NCBI GenBank assembly: GCA_965644315.1
Contig: CBFFRQ010000078.1
Location: 1 to 64,000, forward strand
Direction of reading: 5' to 3'
DNA from: Caecitellus pseudoparvulus
Taxonomy: Eukaryota > Protista > Bigyra: Bicosoecida
Length of the DNA stretch: 64,000 bases
Under the pieces are notes generated by a model. That model did no database searches, was not told where the DNA came from, and saw only the letters and a program-made list of their open reading frames with translations. Shown here one piece after another: positions 57,901-64,000 of this stretch. Numbering within the stretch: the first letter of the stretch is position 1; the number at the start of each line of letters is the position of its first letter. The position numbers and the translations under genes are program-made.

Positions 57901-59022
57901 GGCGTGGCCGTACTGGTCCAGGAACACCACCAGCACCTCAGGGCCCCGGGCAAACGGCACTCGCAGCCAGGTGTGCCGTGTGGTGCGTGCGCCAATGGCG
58001 AGGTCAGGCACGCCGTCCGAGTTCAAGTCGCGCAGCCCCACGACGCTGTGGCCCAGGCGAGCTTGCCCGATGTAAGCGCTGGGCCGCAGACCAGGCACAG
58101 TCTTGCGGTTCAAGACAGTGTACCGCAGTACACGTGGCCCTGCCCCCATGAACAGGATGAACACCCGCCCGCCACTGGCGTCCTTCCCGAACACGTCCCC
58201 TGGAGCGCCCACCGCCACATCAGGCCACCCGTTGCTGTCCACATCCCCCAACACAGCCACTGATGCGCCAAACGCAGGTTTGTAGCTGGTGCCTCCCAGC
58301 TCTGAGATGTTGGCACTGCCAGCCGTGGAAGTCAGGGACACAATACTGACGTTGGACACGGCCAAGTCATCGCCAGCTTGCCACAAGCGCTCAGCTGGCA
58401 CGCCTCGTGGACCGCCCATTGCCGAGAGGAAGAACACGCCACCCACCTGCCGCCCACCCACAGCAAGCAGGGGCGCACCCAGGATCCAGTCCCGGGCCCC
58501 ATCGCCGTCGTAGTCTGCCCCCAGGTCCATGGCACTGCCAAGTCCTGTGATGGCCATGCTGGCGTTGATGGTGGCAGCAGCCGCCAGCAGCGCAGGGTGC
58601 GAGGCGTTGATTGCGTTGACGTCGTGGTCCACTACTTCGTTCACATCATGCAAGGGGAGATCTGCAGTTGGCGCAAGAAGGGCGCGTGGCGTCGCCGAGC
58701 TTCGGGTGCATCGCAAGTACCCCCTGCAGGGGCAATGGCACGTGATGAAACGCACCTTTACCCTCTGCAACGGGCTGCTGGAACAGGCGCCGCTGAAGGC
58801 GTGGAGCATGAGTGACCTTGTCAGGTGGGAGGAGTACCGTACTAATGGGGAGGACAGTTCCATCCTGCTCAGGGAGGGCAGGGAGCGACGGATGCGGCGG
58901 TGCAGTGCGTGAGAGCGCGCTGCGAGGTGCCTCACCGCGATGCTGTGCTGCTCCACGACGAGCTTGCCAAGCACTGTCAGCGCGCCCATGAAGCAGGCAG
59001 TCAGACACAGGAATGTCTTCAT
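46000..59022 (-). CDS. Giant (~4340 aa) surface receptor/adhesin: signal peptide, several FG-GAP (integrin-alpha-type) propeller clusters, S/T/P stalk, Ig-like domains, Cys-rich repeats, ~9-TM domain
   Basis: Signal-like MKTFLCLTACFMGALTVLG. FG-GAP repeats DYDGDGARDWILGAP, FGASVAVLGDVDSNGWPDVAVGAP, DLNSDGVPDLAIGA and DFDGDGVAEVLVGAP. Cys-rich CSPCPEGAVC..GY..CAEGHEGDLCGVCADGY. Multiple TM helices from ~48120 to ~46480. The 5' region (~58660-58965) may contain an in-frame intron. Confidence 0.82.
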   Translation of the reverse strand: MKTFLCLTACFMGALTVLGKLVVEQHSIAVRHLAARSHALHRRIRRSLPSLSRMELSSPLVRYSSHLTRSLMLHAFSGACSSSPLQRVKVRFITCHCPCRGYLRCTRSSATPRALLAPTADLPLHDVNEVVDHDVNAINASHPALLAAAATINASMAITGLGSAMDLGADYDGDGARDWILGAPLLAVGGRQVGGVFFLSAMGGPRGVPAERLWQAGDDLAVSNVSIVSLTSTAGSANISELGGTSYKPAFGASVAVLGDVDSNGWPDVAVGAPGDVFGKDASGGRVFILFMGAGPRVLRYTVLNRKTVPGLRPSAYIGQARLGHSVVGLRDLNSDGVPDLAIGARTTRHTWLRVPFARGPEVLVVFLDQYGHARNVTHLHNLVEGGGHQYSPFNPQAEHWGEEPPRRPDGTTFDRQYNEHHDDWFGLSLAYLGRGVLAIGAPGRRNADRAMRSLDGTVVLLTLSPTGMPTRLHLIDNGAFHDLQLAKADESPNLRNGLGMSLAAVPPANGDGTMDLLIGAPPTALLVPLDDAFRPSGEYFSLSHEGVLWRPNATLGDNVPFALQGLREGSTPGAWQTWAAGMVAAWTRDDAPPALAGREAEPPQLNAALQLAISLPGVLWSEERPSRQCGSFLPPFSTTRTSTSPGYCPSASTVDLASAPEFAESILFTALRFPPAPTLASQVGFQGPEHGPAGPITPPVFFAPALQEELDLEFPFESSPSGNGTTDTLADGVVFGSSILELPYVDGSSWPTWLEREPSTSEDGEILQLRRRAERLPFSFMVNPPPAQRKGVKTLLIGMEFTLNASAVGIVQMLYDATSSQVISANVVRLPRRLRAIESGFTTLHGFGRSMTLLRTDRPLRQGGIPQELRGRRRLQQSLPPGSSMLVIGAPGAVTDGETELGALVQVSVLGDRIAPFCPFGDGCDVEATTTQDMHDICPNIGPLAQDLATMESPRAFQGMEWGSSGQDVLVVGAPSLNTSTPFAGVVFMSFHMPPIGDVLWPGGKPEFVSAHASGRTGFGASVESLGGSSIAVLAPHECSPAQTGTHSQACLPGAVYILTVHLSGDFPVVARVVNWHRVFTTQVRPPGSNLLPASLVRLSSIPSFAEDSTPDLLITTSGTVVETTAHDGNVTYVPLPASRSTQFCLLHLDASLRIPTSVFSRPVTCSQEDSPIGIPAQARVASSVMGHGDGLLAGLNGSAPFPAFPSVLPLGDPDGNGALDVIFALPDLGVFRLDANGSVDSSVFPHQGALMATQLAHPGWGYYPKHRGPPGGRLSTQYDQEAELTTRIDPLTWAPRHKADYNMARLYLAAMGKRMRGCWEDTSGVFELSTFLSDEESPGPSPNVPYFSGFPDSHMTGGDKRFLASLNIPNVPHSQAEWVSPNGALVLEAWVGDVQGPEDLLWNDIAGEFGAEADDEEVGSLLVAFAESTSSSSEDQSSSTSSQSSTSSGELSSAELPVRRSTLRAPGVVYENVSVALPDGTEAPLQTGSCHFQSSVIECTPSAEHCVHRLAVVCASQRTVVAGAEVSSQSSAHRRARALSTTSTTFTTTGPNAYRAAGSVVFPGAHCAFHDTNLNSQFSSTTTQLLQGATDRFRPENSMFDAAIPPPAARARRMQAPEPKRLHQESAYSLGMSMAPMHDFDGDGVAEVLVGAPLAGEIGRTWVAPSPSASPFPPPRRRRNLQGMGREPPQLRRGNVGAVFMVRMEPGPQHDAGSKTAVRTPKVWNGGYYIPGSTGTSDKWEGVRPGRKVLADGIYRVASFDRIGRRSTGPHMDLGSTTHTMALDMQREGGRFGSSVANVGWFNHTTRGPALSMAVGAPGMHLRPGVSGNGSVGTGAVFLLVFNSTGMLRSVSTVSMKDLYDTQASAMPPPHPNSMFPLSLSAAGDLQGTGSIDIACIMQDGHSRQRVLILLHRDAQGQVQSFTVVRPATVPGLPAAFSAMSTRPEMGFGDTMAYVGRGVLAIPLWRASPRVLDAVNGTASFSTSTTSSGPAALFRDGERKAETSQSAAGLYSPDHMPKTREGKGMLLLLRLGRNGTALNASLLQENDIRPFGVDVGGTTVGLGVSGVHPELWYPHLGPDSAGQSFDDGAAPGVNPYDSALGSIPNPLGFAQESGYASSVPDLLVQVDSWRQKAFPKWRHGGQVFTDNIFMDGRSNLQKLSTSGGRWPLNNKGLLKTTNPSLDGSIPINMGALPTTSWYQGSTSVSGSPGGLQHRIFPTAFNAFNRNDQFLHSQRPTNLETSRQAGLASAGSVFDQLRPPRPANALHLGGLLRSTSNAGNRDPVSRGAPILLIGRQLRITRSGSTNSYSSFLQSQYNWYAPKVPSSLAHQFRDAPLSGFNVDGNSSTNTATWAAGTRIPEGAAIPPFEDPWYHPSSTHAKRFPALQVGMGPTSLPVSTVAMCPFVGDPAFFRTGINPPPAFRDLESASVENEHGAPRNLLLGSWKSAVSNYVQSHFQQFAGEYNLDPAVDSDVQVDIVNFCRQALHTGNRGSVFRDPQGGALKHLPHAGVHPRQFLWPRMFGNQALRYFGERLQRHAEIYAVYLNPDGSVRQSAALLKATPLYDRMLPNWSNIGTSMALLEHTRKGMLNILTSAAYLDDEQRKGGRSTWGYSKSSNFYVLEALPVPATQYEPLVVPQQRLSMLSAVAGGNDTSGVPGTQEILSPVAPWVRPSVVPLLWSPSPSVTVTPSVTSSVSGTASVTPSQTPSVTPTGTGSPSMSATATGTMSPTPSQTIVTRSPTPSVTASPTGALSPSPSSSAATTPTPTRSQDPSLSAPPSASAAPSQGAPTPPPERVLPRVTFVDAIPTPLPLVQLTVSSLSTAGSSALLPITVRALGQLTSIGVAVSAVGYTSSPSAALLGTASVNPDLAVQMLQSQGGGSPPAVLVQGPQLAGPLSTTAFTSLDTALLLSLDTPSIVAGGDLASAQGLFLFNVTAYASASLETVLSFPLFVQVTLPSGSFSPQSLEGYAQPDSGSAFMQKSLTIQNSGTAPMRWFLLQRSELSCWISAAMPGASDPSRGELLSLPPTAQVLADDPSMVGLLTGSVPVGAGAVLELRFDLAQLPQGLHEAEVVLVLGDVQGTTAAVPVRLLMATVQPCPSKLFLPPQAPPAGLAPSAFATVPITTLSLRNLGSQAVIVEQAVLLDGAMSVSPVAQACAANRNTTDVNTAVQVQFDALAMLAASQSSVTGWLDVAQVAGGSLVVPPSGEAKVPLSLVISSTTTPEPGMYVGTALLLINNTQTNALTLSSTLISVHVRQGTAAAQQSSVLPVIGTLSGQHLPLLPSAVITEAKLTQDSQVLTPDGLLLAYIVLRDSLGRPRQAGQDVLAARLQVDAAGPRRALSGTAANTSSLRALVRNLVPAELALLQSVNGSVSGVADEIPPGAALTSYLYGVFLPLSKVSSLPVGSELHIEVSVLDVESGSGSGSATTTLASRGTVSVARATCGPDQVRAGLVCECRAGRGASAASPRGAALTAATLTCVPCGPGTVGVSPTVGPVSSPSVCQRCGDGTFSLPGSTVCSPCPEGAVCGDGILAVLPGYALAGTLLSSNGTGLMPSAQASSIGQGILLCPNPLACEAPAAATSLEWSSYSVIPTTCAEGHEGDLCGVCADGYTYSPVAGGASVDCVPCHTSAWGLVWLTILLSLTLLGCMLWLWREILGASKGAPQAMVEVPPALQVPEVQQGSRADWSLRKDGPLVALVVDAAAVDVRSQSQLQHSGMAQTRFICLWLLVLHLQWSSQLESYRLGTVPGMEGVGVLSHIASVVPVHAAYWTCATNAHDDVAAAFAIGAALPLIGLLASCVVGCVVAALALGFRRSPRPSLQTVLATLAAAFVISLFMTIPRSMLSMVTVFLTLPASPQAEYMLQGFKELAGSPVHVQLQVGASFMAIIWGLIPAVLLWRGHRAVSPAALPSLSSDEGAGAEPDTESQRRSEGTPSDTVLDEIREEVDYGADNTTTWPVATAATALLNPQIASKLAEDASTAFAQSRDWRHADTVWSALGWSWGFFRPSMWWYSLAWLGQCLALALAAAASPFLINRAYMAGAVCAIGMAANLWLQPLLMTGDAPTWASLPLLQHAVRKEENTCKGHATRLAAVSRMHRQSVLVHSLSVLVHGGVMVQAGFTFAMFAWRSGAFFAEAGRSNPYLSAVEVNLEAADAVVVTGVNLGFWIPLLALLFAVLFPKPALGGIAVASKAIAAVVMSNFTNASSAAKPRAKPSRRKAPLSLRRGKDIEMTSLQSTVLVEPSKPPAGARQPLPAALPGKSSALRPKSRRSRRTSKILQTAAAEAERHRTLSVQSMVRDVATGFNQPDEHRGSLLGKARPSRGRLGSRSRSSGARKAKA
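50650..50990 (-). repeat. Mucin-like Ser/Thr/Pro stalk (TPS repeats) within the FG-GAP protein
   Basis: SPSPSVTVTPSVTSSVSGTASVTPSQTPSVTPTGTGSPS... Confidence 0.8.
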
Positions 59023-60167
59023 GCTGCCCAAGGCAGTGAGCCGGCTTCAGGGCGAGCTCAGCGCAGGAATGCCCCGGTGGGGCCGAGCAAACTTCGCGCT
59101 GGTGCAGTGCCGTTCGGGTGTGCTCCTTCCTGTGCGTGCACTACGTGATTTCGCAGCTGTCGCCAGTGCGCAGAGAGAATACAGGGCGTGAGCCTGCGAA
59201 CAACGTTAGCACTTCTAGTCTCTGCACAGGCGTGGTGTCGGGTGAATTGCTTGCGCCGCTGCATTTCGCGGGAGAGTGCGTGGAGTGTGCGCCTTGGCGG
59301 CTGAGCGCGATGAACGAGGTGCTCCAAAGCAGCTGACACGTCGAGGGGGGGTCGGAAGCACTTTTACCCCCCCCCCCCCTCGCGCTCACAGTGAAGGGAG
59401 GCCCCGCCCCAAGCGACACCGCACGGCCCGTGCTCGTGCGGGCACTTTCCGCAGCGCTACTCCAATTTCTGTCGAGGTTTTGGCTCAGCACTTTCCTTTG
59501 CCCGCCTCCGAGTCAGTGGATTTGGGCTCCGGGCCAGCGGACTGGCCGCCAACGTGTGCGCCGAATACGCAGAACGAACCGCCGAGCGGTTTGACCGTCG
59601 GCCCTGGCGGTGGTCGGTGGTCTACATTTGACGCTGCCTTTGATCGAGCTCCATGGCGTCGGTGCGTGCCTTGTCCTGTGCTCTTGTGAGGACCGGCGAG
59701 AGTGCAGTGCAGCACGCCTGTCCCTCACCTGAGGCGAGGACTTGTGGGCGCCCCCACCTCATTGCTGGCGGACGAAGGCCTGCTCCACGTTTTGAAGGAG
59801 ATCTAATTATCGGTTCTCAGCTGCGGCTCACCAGGGCGCATCCATTTCTGCGCGGCAGGGCTGTGCCAGCACCTGCCAGAGCAGTGCCCGGCGTTACGCC
59901 CTGCAACGCCACCACACCTGCTCACCCCCTGCACAGAGCCCCGAGTGGAGGCGAGGGGAACAGAGGCCAGCGTTTACCCCTGCCCAGAAGAGTAGAGAAG
60001 CCCAAGATGCGTTCACGACGCCCCACCTCGGCAGCGCTGTCCTTGTCACGCCGACTGTCAAGACTGCATCCCAGCCCAAGCCACGAGTGCGAGCCCACGA
60101 GAGGCTGACACCAGGCGGGCACTTGCCGCAAGGGGGGCGGCATGGCACTGAGCCCATTCCCTATAAC

Positions 60168-63100
60168 ATGCCAAAGAATGCCCCAAGCCGGCAGCCAGGC
60201 AGTGGTGGCCCGGCCACGGAGAACATCGCACGCATGGACTCTGACACGGTTTTCTTCCACTCCTCGCCCACCCCGCCCAGCCGGCCAACCAGCAGTGGCG
60301 GCGGCGGCAGTGGGCGTGGCTCCACGACGCCCCATCGCATGATGCCCAGCATGCCCGCCCCCACCGCCATGGGTGTGCAGGCTGGCTTCGGCATGGGGGT
60401 GGGGCCGGCTCCCTGGGTCACACCGCACTTGACCGCCGCCGCCACGCCCACCCAGCCACTGTCGCCTCAGCATTTCCAGGCATTCCGGCACACTGCGCCC
60501 CACAGTAAGCCTTCTCCGGGTGGTGCCTTTGTCCAAGGGCCGGTGCCGTCCCCCCAGCCACAACCGGCACCCACCCCCGCCCCTGCGCCGGCAACCACCC
60601 CTGCTCCACGTGCCCCCCAGGCTGAGCGGGCAGTGAGCCCTCCAGCCCGCCCGACGCCTGCCTCCCGGAGCCTGAGGTCCTCCGCCGCCTCTGGCCTCAC
60701 CATCTCGTCCATGAAGATGTCCGGCCCGGCAGAGGACGACGCCCCCCTGCCGGACACGGAGGAGGGGGGGCAGGGGGGGGACGCCTTGCCCCCCCCGCCC
60801 GCCACCTCCACCACGCTGATCTCTCCACCCTCCTCCTCTCGCAGCGGGAGTCTGGGGGCGTCTCCAGGTGCAGGGGGTGTGGGTGGTACCGCTCTGCCTC
60901 TGGGGGGGCGCCTGCAGTGGGAGGGTGGTGATGCCGCGATGGCCATGACTGGACCGGGCTTGGGCCTGAGCACGCCTGTGGGCCGGGTGGGCAGGGAGCA
61001 ACTCAGTTTCACCCCGGCGCGGCTGCAGGCGGCGGCAGCGAGCCCCGTGTCTCCCGAGGGGGGCGGGTACGGCACCCCCCAAGTGGTGCAGTCCATAGCT
61101 GGGGAGTACCTGGGCCCCAGCCCGGACCCCGTCCCACCTCGGAGACTGGCCAGTACCAGCCCCGTTAAGGCTGCGTCGCCGCCCAGCCCCCACGCCCCCG
61201 CGCCAGTGGGCATGTACGTGCCTCCCCAGGCGCTGCCGTTCCTGCCCAGCATGCAGCAGCCCCCGCCGGCCACTTCCATGCCCCCCTCAGGCATGCAAGG
61301 TGTGCCCATGTGGCTGCACTGGGCGAGCATGCAGCTCACCGCACTGCAGCCAGCCGCCTCGGTGTGGACAACGCATGGCCAGCAGGGTCAGGCGCTGCTG
61401 TACCACATCCAGGCAGTCTGCAGCAACATCGTCGCGGGGGGGAGGGAGTGTGCCAGCGTGTGTCCGCGGGGCCCCCTCCTGGCGTCGGTGGGCCAGGTCA
61501 TGGCGGACGCGCAGCATCGGTGGGGGGAAGCGAGGCAAGTACTGGGCAGGCTCGGCATGGCGCACATGCCGAGCCAGCCGCCCATGCCCATGGCTGCCCC
61601 CGCCCAGCCTCCCCCCCTGCACCAGCTGGCAGGCAAGCTGTCAGAGGCTGTCGCATTGCTGCTGAGGCTGTCGGGGGGCGGCGGGCTGTGTCTGGGCCCC
61701 GAGCTGCCGAAGCCGGACCAGGTGTGGGATCGCACGGACGGCGTGCTGTGGCGAGCGACCCGCCCCACACCGCCAACTTTCGCATCGGACGCAGCTGCGC
61801 CTGGGTCCAAGAAGGGCGTGAAGGATGCGGCAGTGGAGGTGCGCAAGCGGGAGGCTGCCGGCATGCCGCCGTACGCGGTGGTGCGAGAGGCAGATCGCAC
61901 CCTGCTGCCTGACCTGCCAGCCTCTGCCCGTGCTCGCCTCCTCATCGAGTGTGCCGATGTGGCCAAGCGGCACTTCAAGGCTGGGCTGGCACGCACGCTG
62001 TACCGTCGGACCACCCACGACGCGCCCTGGTCCTCCTCTGGCTGGCTGGAGCGGGTGAAACAAGAGGAGGAAGAGGGCTGCTTGCACGCTGCTCTGTGTG
62101 TTCTGCGTTCCGCGCTGCTCTTCTGCTGGTCCACGGACGCCTTGCTGGGCAAGGCAGTGCGGCACTGGGAGGGTGCTGGGCTGCTGCAGGAGGCCCGGCG
62201 GCACCTGCTGCGTTTCATGACGGTGTGCCTGACGTCTGGCGAGGGGGGTGCTCTGGACGAGGCGGGCCGCACCGTCCTCGTACACACCGCTGCCCTGGAA
62301 GCGCACGCCGGCCACGCAGACACCGCCCAGAGCCTGTGCAAGCTGCTGGCAGGCCCGTCGTCTGCCAGTCCTGCCCTCACCGCGGCCAGTCACATCATGG
62401 GCGCTGACCTGCTGGTGGCGCTGGGGGACATCGCCACGGCGCGGGAGGTGGTGTTGGCCGGCACACGGGTGGCGCCGCGACATGGCCCAGTGTGGCCCGC
62501 CCTGCTGCGCGTGGAGGAGGCTGAGGTCCTGCGGCACCAGCGGCGCGCCTGGCATGCGAGCTGGGAGAGTGACTTGATGGCAGCGGCGGCAGGTGGCGGA
62601 GGGGGGACGGGGGATGCTGCTGCCACCGCTGCTGCTGTGGCTGCGTCAGGGCTGGTGCCGGACATGGCCGGCGTGCGACAGGTGGTGCCCGCCGCCTTGG
62701 CCTCTGACTGTACCGAGGTGGCGTGGACGCTGCAGTTCGCGGTGGCCGTGGCGGAGGACGCCGCTGCCACGCTGTGCAGTGAGCGCCTGTCCGAGTTGGC
62801 GCGGCTGGGGGGTGCGGCAGACGACCCCAGTGGACGCGGGCGCCTGCGAGCAGCGCTCCGGGCGGCGCTGGCGCAGTGCCAGTCCACCTGCCAGGACCAG
62901 GCGCGCGCAGCCCTGGCTGGCGCGCTGCGTGTCGCGCCGCCCAGCAGCCGCTGGCGCGTGTGGAGCTTGGGCGGGCGGTTGGAGGCTGTGGCGGGGCGGC
63001 AGGCGGCGGCACTGGCCATCCTGCGGCGCAGTGCAGGCGAGTCTGCCCCAAAGTACCGCAGCCACATCTACCTGGACCTGAGTCGAGTGGAGGAGTTTGC

Positions 63101-64000
63101 TGCCATGACGGCTGTTCGCGGCGGCAGGCGGCAGGATGCTGCGTCTGCCCTGCAGCGGGCGGGGGCCTGGGCACGCATCGCGCTGGAGGCCGCCCCACCC
63201 ACGGACTGGAAGTGCCACATGGAGGCGGCGTACCACCACCTGCGCTGTGGGCGGCGGCAGGAGGCACGCGACCTCCTCGCATGGTCGCTGCAGTTTTCAC
63301 CGGCGGCGGGGCGGCTGCACGCGCTGCGCCTGCAGCTGCTGGGGGAGGAGGGGGACACCGCCGTCGTGGACGCCCTGGCTGCTGCCGTGCAGCAAGTGCC
63401 CAAGGGCGGCGAGGTGTGGCTGCAGGCGGCGCGGCAGTGCATGAACCCGCACTCCCTGCACTACAGCACGGGGCGCGCGGCGCAGTGCCTGCTGCTGGCC
63501 CTGCAGTTCACGCCGCAGTACGGCGACTGCTTCATCGAGTGGGCACGCCTGGATCTGCTGCGGTGGGCAGGACTGGCCACGGAGGGTTTCACCGCCAGCA
63601 CCGCACTGCAAGGCGTGGGGAGGGGTCTGGGGCTGGCGGTGACTGCAGCCACGTGTGCTGGAGGGGACGCCACCCCCCCTCCCCTGGCCGCCCCCACCAA
63701 GACGTGGGTGCAGTTCCTGTCACGGGAGAATGCTCTGCGTGTGCGGCATTGGGCCACGTGGCTGTCTGCCAGCCCTCCCAACTACGGCCTCCTGTGGGCG
63801 GCGCGCAGGCGGCACCCGTCTGAGCCACCGTCTGTCATCCTGCGCCGAGCGCTGAAACGCCTCTGTGTGGACATTGCCCGCACACGGCATGTGTACGCAG
63901 CTGCAGCCGTGGCGTCAGTGCTGCGCACTGCAGCCCGCCAGCAGCCAGGCCTGCTGCCACGGGCGTGTCTTGGTCCGCCGCCGTTTGTCGGCAAGTACAG
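60168..64000 (+). CDS. HAT/TPR-repeat protein with a Pro/Ser/Gly-rich N-terminus. 3' end outside window, start uncertain
   Basis: Frame with codons starting at multiples of 3. Spot translations are open and the ORF track lists no closed ORF in this frame, consistent with no stop inside the window. Reads ECADVAKRHFKAGLARTLYRRTTHDAPWSSSGWLERVKQEEEEG and VPKGGEVWLQAARQCMNP...ALQFTPQYGDCFIEWARL. Confidence 0.72.
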   Translation, partial: MPKNAPSRQPGSGGPATENIARMDSDTVFFHSSPTPPSRPTSSGGGGSGRGSTTPHRMMPSMPAPTAMGVQAGFGMGVGPAPWVTPHLTAAATPTQPLSPQHFQAFRHTAPHSKPSPGGAFVQGPVPSPQPQPAPTPAPAPATTPAPRAPQAERAVSPPARPTPASRSLRSSAASGLTISSMKMSGPAEDDAPLPDTEEGGQGGDALPPPPATSTTLISPPSSSRSGSLGASPGAGGVGGTALPLGGRLQWEGGDAAMAMTGPGLGLSTPVGRVGREQLSFTPARLQAAAASPVSPEGGGYGTPQVVQSIAGEYLGPSPDPVPPRRLASTSPVKAASPPSPHAPAPVGMYVPPQALPFLPSMQQPPPATSMPPSGMQGVPMWLHWASMQLTALQPAASVWTTHGQQGQALLYHIQAVCSNIVAGGRECASVCPRGPLLASVGQVMADAQHRWGEARQVLGRLGMAHMPSQPPMPMAAPAQPPPLHQLAGKLSEAVALLLRLSGGGGLCLGPELPKPDQVWDRTDGVLWRATRPTPPTFASDAAAPGSKKGVKDAAVEVRKREAAGMPPYAVVREADRTLLPDLPASARARLLIECADVAKRHFKAGLARTLYRRTTHDAPWSSSGWLERVKQEEEEGCLHAALCVLRSALLFCWSTDALLGKAVRHWEGAGLLQEARRHLLRFMTVCLTSGEGGALDEAGRTVLVHTAALEAHAGHADTAQSLCKLLAGPSSASPALTAASHIMGADLLVALGDIATAREVVLAGTRVAPRHGPVWPALLRVEEAEVLRHQRRAWHASWESDLMAAAAGGGGGTGDAAATAAAVAASGLVPDMAGVRQVVPAALASDCTEVAWTLQFAVAVAEDAAATLCSERLSELARLGGAADDPSGRGRLRAALRAALAQCQSTCQDQARAALAGALRVAPPSSRWRVWSLGGRLEAVAGRQAAALAILRRSAGESAPKYRSHIYLDLSRVEEFAAMTAVRGGRRQDAASALQRAGAWARIALEAAPPTDWKCHMEAAYHHLRCGRRQEARDLLAWSLQFSPAAGRLHALRLQLLGEEGDTAVVDALAAAVQQVPKGGEVWLQAARQCMNPHSLHYSTGRAAQCLLLALQFTPQYGDCFIEWARLDLLRWAGLATEGFTASTALQGVGRGLGLAVTAATCAGGDATPPPLAAPTKTWVQFLSRENALRVRHWATWLSASPPNYGLLWAARRRHPSEPPSVILRRALKRLCVDIARTRHVYAAAAVASVLRTAARQQPGLLPRACLGPPPFVGKY

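Noticed and set aside
46000-59022. True integrin alpha subunit
   Set aside because: It has multiple propellers and ~9 TM helices, and no single TM with a GFFKR-type cytosolic tail. The GFFRP sequence lies inside the multi-pass domain.
61302-61318. 17-nt match (gtgcccatgtggctgca) to the 5S spacer hairpin arm
   Set aside because: A single short match inside a coding frame. It is plausible by chance among all pairwise positions in 64 kb of GC-rich DNA.

Overview
GC-rich, gene-dense eukaryotic (protist) nuclear DNA with short GT-AG introns. A heterotrophic stramenopile is plausible but not proven. Left to right: (1) a 5'-truncated giant surface protein with bacterial-type DUF11/Ig-like repeats, EGF, TSP1 and about 9 TM helices; (2) intronless RPB2; (3) proteasome ATPase RPT4, head-to-head with (4) Tudor-SN; (5) a low-complexity hypothetical gene; (6) tepsin, an AP-4 accessory factor; (7) a three-copy 5S rRNA mini-array with ~501-bp units; (8) an NADPH oxidase gene; (9) an LRR protein; (10) a CNNM/DUF21-CBS transporter; (11) a giant coiled-coil protein with ~22 x 96-bp repeats; (12) a TMEM151-like protein; (13) a 4,340-aa FG-GAP/Cys-rich/~9-TM surface protein; (14) a 3'-truncated HAT/TPR protein that is missing from the ORF track. 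The main finding is the NADPH oxidase. Once one intron is removed it reads as a single chain: SH3 domain, PxxPxR linker, complete p22phox (CYBA)-like module, then gp91phox/NOX2-like core. This puts both flavocytochrome b558 subunits and an organizer-type SH3 in one polypeptide. All domain calls come from motif recognition by eye; no searches were run.
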